A stretch of DNA of 64,000 nt from the human T2T-CHM13v2.0 reference genome, Homo sapiens, in the NCBI RefSeq assembly GCF_009914755.1, contig NC_060926.1, one strand, 5' to 3'. Below are positions 17,873 through 32,709 of this stretch, piece by piece. The notes below the pieces were generated by a model that worked only from the letters and a program-made list of their open reading frames with translations, ran no database searches and was not told the DNA's origin. Positions within the stretch are counted from its first letter, which is position 1. The number at the start of each line of letters is the position of its first letter. The translations under genes and the position numbers were made by a program.

Positions 17873-18885
17873 CCTGAGACCACAGAGCAAGGAGGCCCCG
17901 TGCCAACTAGGTTGGCCATGCTTCCTCCAGAGTGTGAGGCAATTCTGGAAGCCTGAACCCATAGAGAAAGGAGGCCCCAGGCCAAGCAAGGTTGCCATGC
18001 TTCCTGGAGAGCACTGGCTCTCAAGTCCAGGCTGACCTCACAGCTGCTGCTTCCATCAGGTGTTCATGATCAATTTCTGGGACTTGGGCAGCAGCCTCCC
18101 TGTCTCCTGCCCCTGGTCTGTCTTCCTCACAGCCACCAGCCTTTCCAAAACACAAATGCCACAATTTGGGCTAGTAAGAGAGAGCCAGCCAATGCATCCC
18201 TTTAAATCCTGCCCTAAGTTCAAGCCATTTCTCCTACAGCTAAGATGGAGGAGTAGAGTCAACAGAGGATAAAAATCATGATAATCATGCTTGAGCAAAA
18301 GCCAGCTGGGAGAAACACAGTGAAAAACTAGACATCCGGATTCACACACTGACTGAGACATAAACTGAACTGAGAACCAGGTTCCCAACCCCTTCTCTCA
18401 TCTCAGGCCCTACTGATATCTCCAAATTCATCAGAGGAGTAAAATATTTTTCCTAAAATATAGAAGGCAGAATCATTGCTTACAGTTTTGCAAACAGGTC
18501 TTTGGTAGGCAGGCTGCTTTTGTAGCAGAGAGCCTGAGGGCAGACAAGGTCTCACAGCTGAGGTAAAGCTCACATGCATCACATCTCCTTCTCATGGTAT
18601 CTGGATGCCCATAAAATAGAGTCTAAACTCTTGATTGTGATGTAAAGGCTCTCAATATGATCCAGTCCTACCATTCCATCCACTTGACCTCCAGTGACCA
18701 CCATTGCACTTATGCCTGAGTGCCATTGAAATTGCTGTTGCTTCTGTCTGGAATACCTTCTCCAACCCTTGTATGCCCTCATAATTTCTCTCTGTTTGCT
18801 TCTTCAAAGCTCAGATCAAATATCACTTCTTTTGAGAAAAAGATACCACTGCGTCATTTCAACCGTTCTTGCCAGGTGAAATTAA

Positions 18886-19253
18886 TGTAATTGACTGAAT
18901 GATTGTGTCCCCCTGACCCCAAATTCATATCTTGAAAACCTAACCCTAAATGTGATGCTATCAGGAGGTGGAGCCTCTCGGAGGTGATTGGTTCATCAGA
19001 ATAGAGCCCTAATGAATGGGATTGGTGCCCTTCTAAAAGAGACCTCAAAGAACTCTCCTGCCCTTTTTCTGCCACGTAAGGATACAGGGAGAAGATGACA
19101 GTCTGCAATCCAGAGGATGGCTTCGCCAGAACCCAATCTGTGCTGGCACCCTGATCTTAGATTTCCAGTCTCCAGAACTGTGAGAAATGAATGTCTGTTG
19201 TTCACAAGCCACCCAGTCTATGGTACTTTGTTACAGCAGCCCAAACTAAGACA
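18886..19253 (+). mobile_element. MaLR LTR (MLT1A-like), apparently within an L2 fragment
   Basis: 'ccccaaattcatatcttgaaaacctaacc...cagcagcccaaactaagaca' MLT1 hallmark ends; L2-like sequence on both sides. Confidence 0.75.
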
Positions 19254-20394
19254 ATCAGGATGACTGCATTTGTTTCCACTTGGCTCATGGTTCACAAGGT
19301 GCTCTCTTGAAGGAGGCACCATGTCTTTTTTATCATTGATTCTTCAGAGCTTGGTCTTGTCTTCAGAGGTTGGTATAATGCCTGGCACAGTGTAGTTATA
19401 TCACAAATGTTTATGGAATTAAAAATTCTGTAGGTAAAATTTGAACTTAGATTCTTACGATATTTCAGCCTTGTTACATTTCTATTTTGTATCATTCACC
19501 AGAGATTTACATAATGTCATATTTTAATAAGGAGGGGAGAGATAATTGTAGTTGACCAGTATTTGTCAATTTTACTTGAATAGTCAATAGACCAGTAAAG
19601 TGTAAATTAATATTTGATCTATCTCTTGCACACAAACCAATAGAGACTGGGGAAACTGTGGCGTATTCATGACCACACACACTTTTCTATTTGAATTGTT
19701 CTGGATTTGAGGGGGTGGGGCAGAGCTGTTTTGTCCAAGTCCTGAGATAACTCAGATGGGGAAGCCCAGTCAATAAGAAATAATTCATATTCAATATGGT
19801 AGTCCTCAAATCACAACATAGGCCTGCTAAAGGAGTTAAAGGACATTAGAACCATCCAGAATAATTATTATTAGTACAGCTTTCTCCCCTCCATTCAGAA
19901 GCAAAGCAGTTCTTATTTATTTATTTATTTGTTTTTCCCCTCCAGGGATATGGAAACTTCGGGCCCTATTTGGTGCATCCTGCCCTGAAGCTATTTAAGA
20001 GCCTAAAGGCCCATACGTCATAGGAGATATCTCCCATTAGTCATCCATGAAGAGCACCTTGGGATTTCTCTCCTCTCCCTTTGTTCCTTTTAACTAATTA
20101 TTTAGATTTCTGGCTTACTATCAAACTTTAAGGATGGCTTGCCCTTCTGATGTAGGATAATAAGCATGGTATTTATTGAATACATACTATGTGTCAGGGC
20201 CTCTGCTTTGTCACTACTCATTGTTAATTTTCACAACCCAATGTATAGACCATACTCTTCTCAATTTATACATTGGAAGTGGAGGTTATAAGAGAGATTG
20301 AGTTTTCAAGACTGAGTTCCTAGCATGTTACTTAGTATAAATCTAGATGTGTTTTCTTAGGAGTTTAGGGTTAAGACATACTTATGAATAAGAA

Positions 20395-20525
20395 TTCTGT
20401 GAAAGGATTCTGAGATGATCCTGGGTTGCAGCAAAGCTGGCAGTGCAGATTGAAACCTTAAATTCTATCTGAGAATTTGGGCTTCCTAAGATCTATATGG
20501 CCCAAAGTAGTATGAGACCTTAGAA
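20395..20525 (-). ncRNA. Candidate H/ACA sno/scaRNA-like copy (possibly a degenerate SCARNA16-related retrocopy)
   Basis: Hairpin (tttgggc...gcccaaa), H box ATAGAA (20468-20463), hairpin (aaggtttc...gaatcctt), then ACA (20400-20398) plus 3 nt; ~130 nt total. Family resemblance is from memory only. Confidence 0.3.
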
Positions 20526-20528
20526 GAT

Positions 20529-21032
20529 ATGGTAGGGTGAAAATGCCCACCCCAAAGACATCAAGCCCTAATGCTTGTAAATGTTACCTTATTTGGAAGA
20601 AAGGTCTTTGTATATGTGATTAAGTTAAGGCTCTTGAGATGAGACTATCCTGATTTATCAGGGTATGCCCTCAAAGCAATCAATTTGATTGCTTGTCTTT
20701 AAGAGAGGCAGGGGGAGATTTCACAGGCACACAGAGGGGAAGGCAATGTGAGCACAGAGCAGAGAGAGATTTGACAATGCTGGCCTTGAGGGCTGGTATG
20801 ATGTGGCCACAAGCCAAGGAATGCCAGCAGCCAACAGAAGCTGGAAGAGGAAGGGAACAAGTCCTTCCATAGGGTGTCCAGAGGTGGCATGGCCCTACCC
20901 ATGCCTGGATTTTGGCTCAGAGGTACTGAATTCAGACTTTCTGGCCTTCAAAACTGTGAGAGAATATATTTCTGTTGTTTTAAGCCATCCAGTTTTTGGT
21001 AATTTGTTACAGCAGTCAAAGGAAAAGACTAC
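20529..21032 (+). mobile_element. MaLR LTR (MLT1C/D-like)
   Basis: 'aatgttaccttatttggaagaaaggtctttg...ttttaagccatccagtttttggtaatttgttacagcag' MLT1 motifs. Confidence 0.75.
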
Positions 21033-21597
21033 AGGGGATGTTGAGACATCAGGCCAATCACGGAGGAAGACTCATGACTCACCACAACTGCTTTAGGTTC
21101 TACTAAACACACTAAGCTGCAGTAGACTTAGAACCTGGATTCAAATTTTTATTCCCTTTTGAGGAAGGCTGAGCTTCTTCTGTCATCCAGATCACAACAC
21201 AAAATGGATTTGGATTGAAATATCTATTATGAACCTGGGATTTTACATAAGTCAAACTATAATTGAATATCTTTTTGATACAAAAGGGATGAGAAAAGAG
21301 GCCACATCAGAATATTAAACTAGATAAGACCCTTTCCATGAGTCACATAATTTTGTATTGAACCACATTTTAGCCTATTAATAAAGTTATATAAGTATTT
21401 GAAAGAAATACCATTCTTAAAATATAACTTAAATTTCCAGGTACATATTTTGTATGATAAAAGGAGTAGTTTTAGAGAAGAGAAAAAAATAAGGACAATT
21501 CAGATGGGTAATTCTTTAGATATTTTGGGACATAATTGGGGAAATGATTTTCTTTTAGTGCTATTAATCAATTGTGAGCTCTGAAATAGAACCAGTG

Positions 21598-21600
<3 letters not shown>

Positions 21601-21631
<31 letters not shown>

Positions 21632-21882
21632 AGACAGAGTCTTGGCACGATCTTGTCTCACTGCAACCTCCGCTCCTGGATCCAAGCGATTCTCCTGCCT
21701 CAGCTTCCCGAGTGGCTGGGACTACAGGCATGTGCCACCATGCCCAGCTAATTTTTGTATTTTTAGTAGAGATGGGGTTTCACCATGTTGGCCAGGATGG
21801 TCTCGATCTCCTGACCTCAAAATCTGCCCGCCTTGGCCTCCCAAAGTGCTGGGATTACAGGCATGAGCCACTGCGCCCGGCC
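21601..21882 (-). mobile_element. Alu (AluS-like)
   Basis: 30-nt T tail; TSD accagtgagctttt. Confidence 0.92.
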
Positions 21883-22115
21883 ACAACCAGTGAGCTTTTA
21901 TCCTAAGGGGAAAAAAATTAACAAAGAACAAAAACAAAAATATTACCCCACCTCCAAAATGATAGTTCATTCCCAGCATGCTGAGAGCACTGTAGGTACA
22001 TAAAATGTTATCCAATTATTTTAAACAAAATTGAATAAATAAGCAAACGTTTATACTCCCCCTTCAAAAGTGCATTCTGTAAGTCTGGCTCTGGAAAAAT
22101 ACATGAGAAATCTCA

Positions 22116-22705
22116 GAACCTGCTTCTTTACGCCAGAACTCTGTTCTTTAAAGACCAAGATTACATTCTCAATTAGAAAACTGCAATTTGGTTCCACCAC
22201 ATCCTGACTAAAACTGTATAGTTTTCTCTATTCTTTCATTTTCCCCTTCCCCATTCCTTTATTGTACATAAAGTAACTGGTGTATGTGCACAAGCATATT
22301 GCATTTTTTTTTCAACTAAACAGCCAATGGTATGTTTTGATTGACATCAAGTGGAGACGGGATGGGGAAAAATACTGATTCTGTGAAAATACCCCCTTTC
22401 TCCATTAGCGGCATGCTCATTCAGCTCTTATCTTTATATTCCAGTAAGTTATTTTGCTCTGTTTTAACAACAACAAAAATCCTTGCATACCTTTTTCAGT
22501 TGGAGAATTTTAATGTTTTTCATTTATCATTGTAAAACCAAGGACAGTTTTATAACTTTTTTGTATGTAGCTGTTATATGTAGGGCAATCTGTCTTTAAG
22601 TAGGGATAAATTACCCTAAAACAAAAAAGAATCTTAGATAGTTTTCCCTTCAAGTCAAGTGTCTTGTTGTTTAAATAAACTTCTTGTTAAAAAAAAAAAA
22701 AAAAA
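22116..22705 (+). pseudogene. SUMO2: Processed retrocopy of the SUMO2 mRNA 3' UTR only (no CDS), with AATAAA and poly(A)
   Basis: 'gaacctgcttctttacgccagaactctgttctttaaagaccaagattacattctcaattagaaaactgcaatttggttccaccacatcctgac...tgtttaaataaacttcttgtt(A)17' matches the recalled SUMO2 3' UTR. Genomic poly(A) at 22689-22705. Confidence 0.8.
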
Positions 22706-23011
22706 GACTAACGGGGATTATAATATGCAGGATAGAAGGGAAGTGAGTGAGCAAAGAGGGGAGACCATTTATGAAGCTGCTATAAAATTTGGAATAATAG
22801 TAATGATGGTCTAAACTAGGGTGGGAGCTAGAAAGGGTGGCCGTAAAGAGCTAGACTCTTTAAGGCTTAACAACTACGTAGATGTAGTAGGCAAGTAAGA
22901 AGTTGCCAAAATGAATGTTAAATAGACTTTAAACTTGTGTAATTGGGAGGATTTAATAGAAATTTGGAAACTAAAACGAGCTGCTGATTAGGGAGGGAGA
23001 GAAATTACTAG

Positions 23012-23340
23012 GGGCTGGGCATAGTGGCTCATGTCTGTAATCCTAGCACTTTGGGAGGCTGAGGCAGGTGGATGACTTGAGCTCAGGAGTTCAAGACCAG
23101 CTTGGGCAACATGGCCAAATCCTGCCTCTGCAAAAAAATAGAAAAATTAGCCAGGTGTGGGGGTGCATGCCCATAGTTCCAGTTACTTGGGGGGGCTGAG
23201 GCAGGAGGATCACTTGAACCTGGGAGGTAGAGAGGCTGCAGTGAGCTGAGATCACGCCACTGCACTCCAGCCTGTATGACAAAGTGAGACCCTGTCTCAA
23301 ACAAAACAAAACAAAACAAAACAAAACAAAACAAAACAAG
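23012..23340 (+). mobile_element. Alu (AluJ-like) with (CAAAA)n tail microsatellite
   Basis: Alu consensus with pentanucleotide tail. Confidence 0.88.
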
Positions 23341-24471
23341 AAAACCAAACCAAAGAAAGAAATTATTATGTTAAATTTCAACAGTAATTTGATACTTTGT
23401 TTGTCTAGTTTGGTGAAGACTAGAGTTTAGGGGGCTGGAAAGAAAGCACCTATCATTCTTGAGAACCTACTATGTGTCAGGTACATTATCTCATTTAATC
23501 CTCATCCAAATTTTGTAAGATGGATATTACTAGCTACAATTTATGAATGAAGACACAGACTCAGAGAGGCTAAATGTACTGCCATTGACTCAGAGATACT
23601 TAGATATGGAATTCAGGAAGCAAATCTGTCTGACTTGGTGAATCATCCACCAAGAATATAACACTGAAGTCACAGAGTTGCATGAAATATCTAAATGGTA
23701 ACAAGGAAGGTTGTGGACATACCATTAGAAACAATTTTTTTTCAAGTTAAGAGTAATAATTAGTATGGTCAGAAAAGATTTTGAGAGTAGGAAGTGAACT
23801 AATATAATTACATATTTCAGGTCTTCATTTAAGAACACTATTTCTTAGACAGGCAATCTGGCTTGAATTCTACTACAGGCAAATTACTTAATTTCTCTGA
23901 GCCTACATCCTTTCTTATGGTATGGGGATAATAATCCTCTTTGTAAGGGTTTTTTTTTTCTTTTTTTGAGAATGAAATGAGAAGCTGAATGTGAATGTGT
24001 CTGGCACAGATTTTGTTGTGACAGGTACTCAATCCATCTGCTGAAAGGACAAAGTATGCATGAAAAGGAAGTGTACAAACCCCAAAATACAGTCTGGAAG
24101 ATTTTATGAAAAGAACTGCTTACCTCTTTTAGTTTTCTTCTGATTTTTTTTCTTCAAAGTTGAATTATAGCATATATTTCTGATTAAGGTTTTCAGTTAG
24201 TTGTATTTGGTACTTAAATGTCTTACTGCACTATACAGTCTCACTGGAACAATAAACTTTCTAAATTTAAAACTGTAAGGTCCAGCAACAAGATGAAGAA
24301 AGAATACAATGGAGATTCATAATACTCATTCTCCATACCCTTTGCTGTCGTGAAGTAATAATAGACAGGTTCTGATCTGGAAACTTCATTTTTGCTTTCA
24401 GGATAATACAAGTATACACAGATATTAGAAACCTCACTTTGTATCACTATACATAGATATAAAGGCAACCT

Positions 24472-25285
<814 letters not shown>

Positions 25286-26204
25286 ATTGGAGGGGGAGAC
25301 AATCTCAAAGGGTTACAAGATACATCCTAAACTAAGTTTCTCCAGAGGAGGGTGTGTACATTCTAAGTAGTGTGCAAGACAGCACATCGGGATGTAGGAG
25401 GAAGACATAATTCACTTTCATGTTTTTAATCTAACAAATGAAGTTACCAACAATTTATAAATGGATTGACACTAATGCTCTCACACATTCAGCCTTTATC
25501 ACAGATGGCTGCACACAGTCCATAGGAGATACCCGAAGAGAACAGGGAGAATTCTACAGCATACAGGAAGACAGGGCCCCTAATTTGTACATGGGCTTGT
25601 TCACTTTAAGAATAATGTGATGCAGTATATGATTCATGTATTATATTATTAAATATTTATTATGTTATTTAGTTCTAACCAGTGTAACTACCACAAATGA
25701 ATAAGCAGCTTAAAAACACTCCTCCCAAGAAACCATAGGTTGAATATAATACCAGTAATGGAAGCACAAACCAACAAAAGAAAATAATAAGCACTGACAC
25801 TTCTACTCCTTTGCCAGCTTCATTAGGAATTGAAAATTATAATTTAATCAGATCTGGTAATGTCACTCCTCCCCATTAAAAATTATCAAGATTATTTGAA
25901 AAATCAATGACATCCACTATTGCCCTAAATATATTTTTGTGTCTTGAGATATCAGTTGTTGATCATGGCACTATTATAATTAGCAAAATACTTAAAAATA
26001 TATTGTCTTCATTACAACCTTCTAAATTTTTTAATTTACATATTAGTATTGTAGTAGTATGTTTATGGGGGAACATTTAAACTTCTTTAACAATAAGAGT
26101 TTGCAATCAAAAAAGTCTGAGATGATTTTCCAAAACACATTTCCCTTTATGGTATTCTATAGATTTGTAATTTATGAATGTAACAAAAGGTTTTTACATT
26201 AATA

Positions 26205-26436
26205 TCACAGAAATAGAAATGAGAATGATAGTTGCCAGGCAATCAGGAGAGAGGGAAATGAGGAGTTCTTGTTTAATGGATATAGTTGCAGTTTTCAGAG
26301 AAAAAGAAAAAGAGTTATTCAGATGGGTGGTGGTGGTGGCTGCACAACACTGAATTTAATACCACTGAACTATATACTTTAAAATGGTTAAGATGATAAA
26401 CTGTGTTATGTGTATTTTATCACAATACAACAATTG
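26205..26436 (+). mobile_element. L1MB-type 3'-end fragment
   Basis: 'ccactgaactatatactttaaaatggttaagatgataaa...tgtattttatcacaat' L1M terminus. Confidence 0.7.
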
Positions 26437-26437
26437 A

Positions 26438-27009
<572 letters not shown>

Positions 27010-27895
27010 TTAAAATACAGTAAATGTTACACATTCCTAACTAAAATGCAACTATATGACAAACTTTTTCTAAAAAGGGTAATCTACTTCCTTTCTTAAC
27101 ATAAATTCTTTTTTTTCTCCAGTAGGTCAAAATCTTTTCCAGAAAATAAATTTCCTCCTCTTCCCTCCACCCCAATCCTGTACACCACCTTCTTCAGGCA
27201 GCAATCTCTGTACTGCCTACCATGTACAATGCTGTATTTCCTGCAAGCCAGGAAACGAAGAGAAAGGCTGAATCATAAAGTTTCTTCTTCAAACACCTTC
27301 TCACTGAACTTATGTAGTTGCAGAGTGAAGAGGTCTTTAATATTTCAGTCAAATCTTCTACTCTAATCCCTAGATCATTCTAGCTGGATTTATTTTCCTC
27401 CAAACTTTCTAAAGTTCTTTCTTAATCAGAATCGTGCAAAATATTAAATGTAAAAAGCATGGTGATTGTCTTTTGTGTTGAGCATGTGTTAATATGAACA
27501 TACCTCACAGAACTATTCCATACTGAAGGATGATTTACAAATATGAATACTCAAATGGGCATGTAGCTCTGCAAAACCTGAAGCTTTCATTTACACAATA
27601 TACTGTGACTTAGGCACAACTAGAAAGTCCATCTAACTTAATTCTTTCTCCAAACATAGTCAAAAGAGAATTTCTAGAAACATTTTTCAAAGGTCAATTT
27701 GACCTTATATAATTTTGTTTGAGTTAGTCATTACTCTTGACTGATACCCAATATGAAATTACATCTATTAAGCACAGTAAAATGATTCAGCTCATTTGAT
27801 AAGGCAAGCTGGTCCACTCTTTCTTACTTTCAGGCTATATCCAAATTCTGACTGTTCAAAACAAGCAGAGCAAATCCATTTCTAGACGAATCAAA

Positions 27896-27896
<1 letters not shown>

Positions 27897-27958
<62 letters not shown>
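27897..27958. repeat. Compound microsatellite (CT)n(CA)n
   Basis: Direct inspection: about 11 CT units followed by about 20 CA units. Confidence 0.97.
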
Positions 27959-27961
<3 letters not shown>

Positions 27962-28130
27962 GCAACCTAGCAACCTAGGGGTGGGAGACTTCTTTAAAAG
28001 CTGTTTAAAATTCATCAAGGGACTTTTCTCTCACTGAAACATTTTATGTTTAATTCATCAGCTCCTTGAGTTAAAACTATGGAATATTAAGTATAGCAAT
28101 TATGAAAAAAGACTTTAGTTCCATGTCACG

Positions 28131-28725
28131 TGTAGCATGCGGACTTCTAAAATGGTCCCCAAGGTTTTCACCCTCTGGTGTATACCTTGTATAATCCCCT
28201 CCTCTTGACTGTGGATGAAATTCTGTGAATATGATTGTTTACCTTACATAATACAAATGATTTTGCAGATATAATTAAGGTTGACTTTGAGTTAATCAAC
28301 TCAAAGGGAAATTATGTCAGTGGACCTAAGATATTCACTTGAGCCCTCTAAATCTGGGTCTAAAGGTCAGTGACAGAGGAAGTCAAAGAGATTCAAATGT
28401 GAAACTCTCTTGCTGGTTTTGAAGGAGCAAACTGCCATGATGTCAAAAGGCTATGTGGTAGGGCATGGCACCAGAGTTCAAGAGTCCCCGGTTGACAGCC
28501 AGAAAACAGGGACCTCAGCCCTAGGACCACATGAAAGTGAATTCTGACAACAAACGGAATGAGCCTCAGATGGGACAGCAACCTGGTCAAATTCATTGCT
28601 CATTGTGAGACTCTGAGCAGAGAACAAACACACTAGGGCTATGCCTAGAATTCTGACCTACGGAGCAAATAAATGGGTGTTGTTCTAAGCAGTTAAAATT
28701 GTAGTCTTTTGTTATGCAGCAATTA
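28131..28725 (+). mobile_element. MaLR LTR (MLT1E/F-like)
   Basis: 'tgtagcatgcggacttctaaaatggtccccaagg...aaatgggtgttgttctaagcagttaaaattgtagtcttttgttatgcagcaat'. Confidence 0.7.
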
Positions 28726-29025
28726 ACATACATATGTTAACATATATATGTATATATACATACACACACGCACATTTTTTTTCACACAATCTTTTTTCAC
28801 TTCCTTCTTCATCTTCACCCCCTTTTCCAGAAAAAATGAAAAAGAGAAAAACTAGTGAGGAAGGCCCACGAGGTTTCCATGCTGTATATTCAGTGGATTC
28901 CAAATTGATGTGGTCTCATTCAAAGTAATCCCCTAGGTATCCAAAGAAATATTAAAGTTTCTAGTTAAGTATTTTCATCCTTAAAAATGTACTTCTTTGG
29001 GTATATTTAATAACATACACAATGC

Positions 29026-29793
<768 letters not shown>

Positions 29794-30043
29794 TTATTGT
29801 TTCTTTTGGCACTTTGTAATGCTCAGGACAGCATTTCTAGTTGTTTCTAGGAGGCCTAGCAAGTTAACTCTATTGACTAAGGGAAGGTTCACCAAACTTG
29901 ATTGAGAATTACTTTTGGGGCACCTGTTAAAAAAATTCCAGGCCCCTCCCCTAAAGATCAAATTTCTGGAGTGACCTGAAAATCTGTTTACAAACAGTTT
30001 AAATCATTCTCATTCCTACTAAGTTGAGAAACTAGGCGCTCAG

Positions 30044-31715
30044 TGTGAGAAACATGCTCAGCCGTCCAAACCCAAAGAATGGACTTAGAGGCATGAAGAA
30101 CAGCTCTCCTAATCATTCCCCGCTTCTCCTGTGAACAGGATATTCATGACAGACATCATTTCAGCCCAGGTATAAAAGCTGGGTTCCAGGAATTGGTCTG
30201 CTAAATGGCTGGGATCTTGTAGGAGTGGTTTCATTTGCTTCTTGAAATTCCTAACTTCAGTTCTTGTAAGAGGAGCATTTACAAAGCCAATTTTTCCTTG
30301 TCCCATGGGAACTTGCGTAAGCGTGAACATGCTAGATGCCTGCTGTGTGGAAGGGATAGGTAAGTTTTCGATCTCTCTCTTACACTGTTTTAATTCTTTT
30401 CTTTAATTTGGATAAGGATTTAAAGGAGCAGTTGGTTTGGCTTCCCCATGGTCTCCGGGTCTTTCTTCCTCTAACCCTCCTGCTGCCCCTTGATCTTCCT
30501 GTCCCCTATCTTGAGAGGCTTATGGAGGGGTGAGCATGATAGGGGGTCCCAGGGCTTTTCACTAGGCTTTCTTCTTTGAGGGGGAACAAGGGGGCTAATT
30601 CCTTAATCCAGCAGAGAGTGTAACCTATCTCTCTAATTCACATAGAGAATTAAAGCTTGGCACACCCAATCCTCATCTGAGCCAAACTTAGGCCAAAAGA
30701 CCAAAGGCTTACAAATCAGGTCTTTGGGCCAGATAAAACAGCAATACTCTAAATGTTTTGCTTTTCCTTGTCTCTGGTTCAAGGGTTGTTCCTCCAAACC
30801 TGCAACATTTTCCCCAAAGGACTATCTGGGGGAATGTCAGAGGGAGTCTCTTTGGCTCCCTCTTCCCTTTGTCCCCTAGGCCTAGAATTTCTGTCTCCCA
30901 TTTTCGGCCAGCCTCTGTGTCTGAGTTTTTCCCTGTTTACTCAGCCCCCCTTACTGGAGGTTTCTTGCACACCCCAGAACCTTCGAAAAGGCCCAACCAC
31001 CAAGGCAGTACTCTACTCATAGTCCAATTTTCCTACCTTGGCTCATGCATGAGGTGGGCTGGTTCCCACGGTGCCTGCTTTTCTCCCTGGGTCACCTCTG
31101 CTGCCTCCTGAATAACAGTCTCAGATTTCTCTATGGCTTCTGTGGGGAGCCAGGACGCCTGGACAGAGTGGGCCACCTAAATCAGGTGGGATGTATCTCC
31201 TCTCTTGGCCGGAATACCACTCCATGCAGGGATAGAGACCCCGGATGGGTCCCCAGGTTGTGAGAGACATGCTCACCTGTCCAAACCCAAAGAATGGACT
31301 TAGAGGGACAAAGAACAGCGAAAGTGAGACTTTTAATAATGGTCTTGCAAGATTGGGCGTCCGGTGGGCAGGCACACCTGGGGCAGTCACAAGAGATAAT
31401 TTATCTCCTAGCACACAAGTCCCTTCCCCAGTTCCTCACTGGCGGAGTACTATGGGGTTACAATCTTCCCAGACATCGCCTGAGTTTCATTATCCCCCTT
31501 ATAAGGTTATAACCCGTCCCCTTCCCCACTTAACTTTTGATTTCCCAATAACAAAACTTTCTTCCCTTTTATGGGCTGACCCCTCCTCTACATTCTGTTC
31601 ACTTATCGTGGCCTTTTGGTGCATGAGCCATGTGGTTTGTTACATTTGCAGGCTGGCTGCCAGTACTTAGATTTATCATGCCTTGAAAATGGACCATTTA
31701 AAATTTTTTCTCACG
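30044..31715 (-). mobile_element. Internally deleted HERV-IP10/LTR10-type provirus: 5' LTR (31715-31259), PBS, leader and 5' gag, then only the last ~60 bp of the 3' LTR (30104-30044)
   Basis: The LTR end 'tgtgagaaacatgctc...ccaaacccaaagaatggacttagagg' occurs at 30044 and 31259. 4-bp TSD tcag (30040-30043 / 31716-31719); tRNA-Pro-like PBS tggggacccatccgggg; ORF 30109-30330 resembles gammaretrovirus-like capsid (VPMGQGKIGFVNAPLT..EVRNFKK). Confidence 0.8.
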
Positions 31716-31753
31716 TCAGAAATATATCAAGTTAGCATAAGAAATGTGAAAAG

Positions 31754-32118
<365 letters not shown>

Positions 32119-32284
32119 TTAAAACAGAATGTGAACCATGAAATGTTCATACAAATGCATGTGTGTGGAAAACTACAAAATACAAAGTGGGAAAATACAA
32201 GAATTTGTCTTGCTTCAATGTTTACCTGTGATGTGTCATGTCCCAGGCTTATGCATTCTAATTTCTGAAATGGTAGATATGTAA

Positions 32285-32608
<324 letters not shown>

Positions 32609-32703
32609 AATAAATCCTTTTTAAAGAGTTTTTACCAAGATGGTATTATAGAGAGTATGTCAATTGGTAAGCAATCTTTTTACCATGTGCGTATTCAACC
32701 AAA

Positions 32704-32709
32704 TTTATT
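32704..32709 (-). terminator. PGAP1: Distal PGAP1 polyadenylation signal AATAAA
   Basis: tttatt on the + strand at the boundary between repeat-dense intergenic DNA and repeat-poor UTR-like DNA; gives a ~8.2 kb UTR, consistent with a recalled ~11 kb mRNA. Confidence 0.65.

Noticed and set aside
31245-31670. 141-aa ORF, and likewise the 140-aa ORF at 62017-62439
   Set aside because: They lie within LTRs (LTR10 antisense; MER11) and show no protein-like features.
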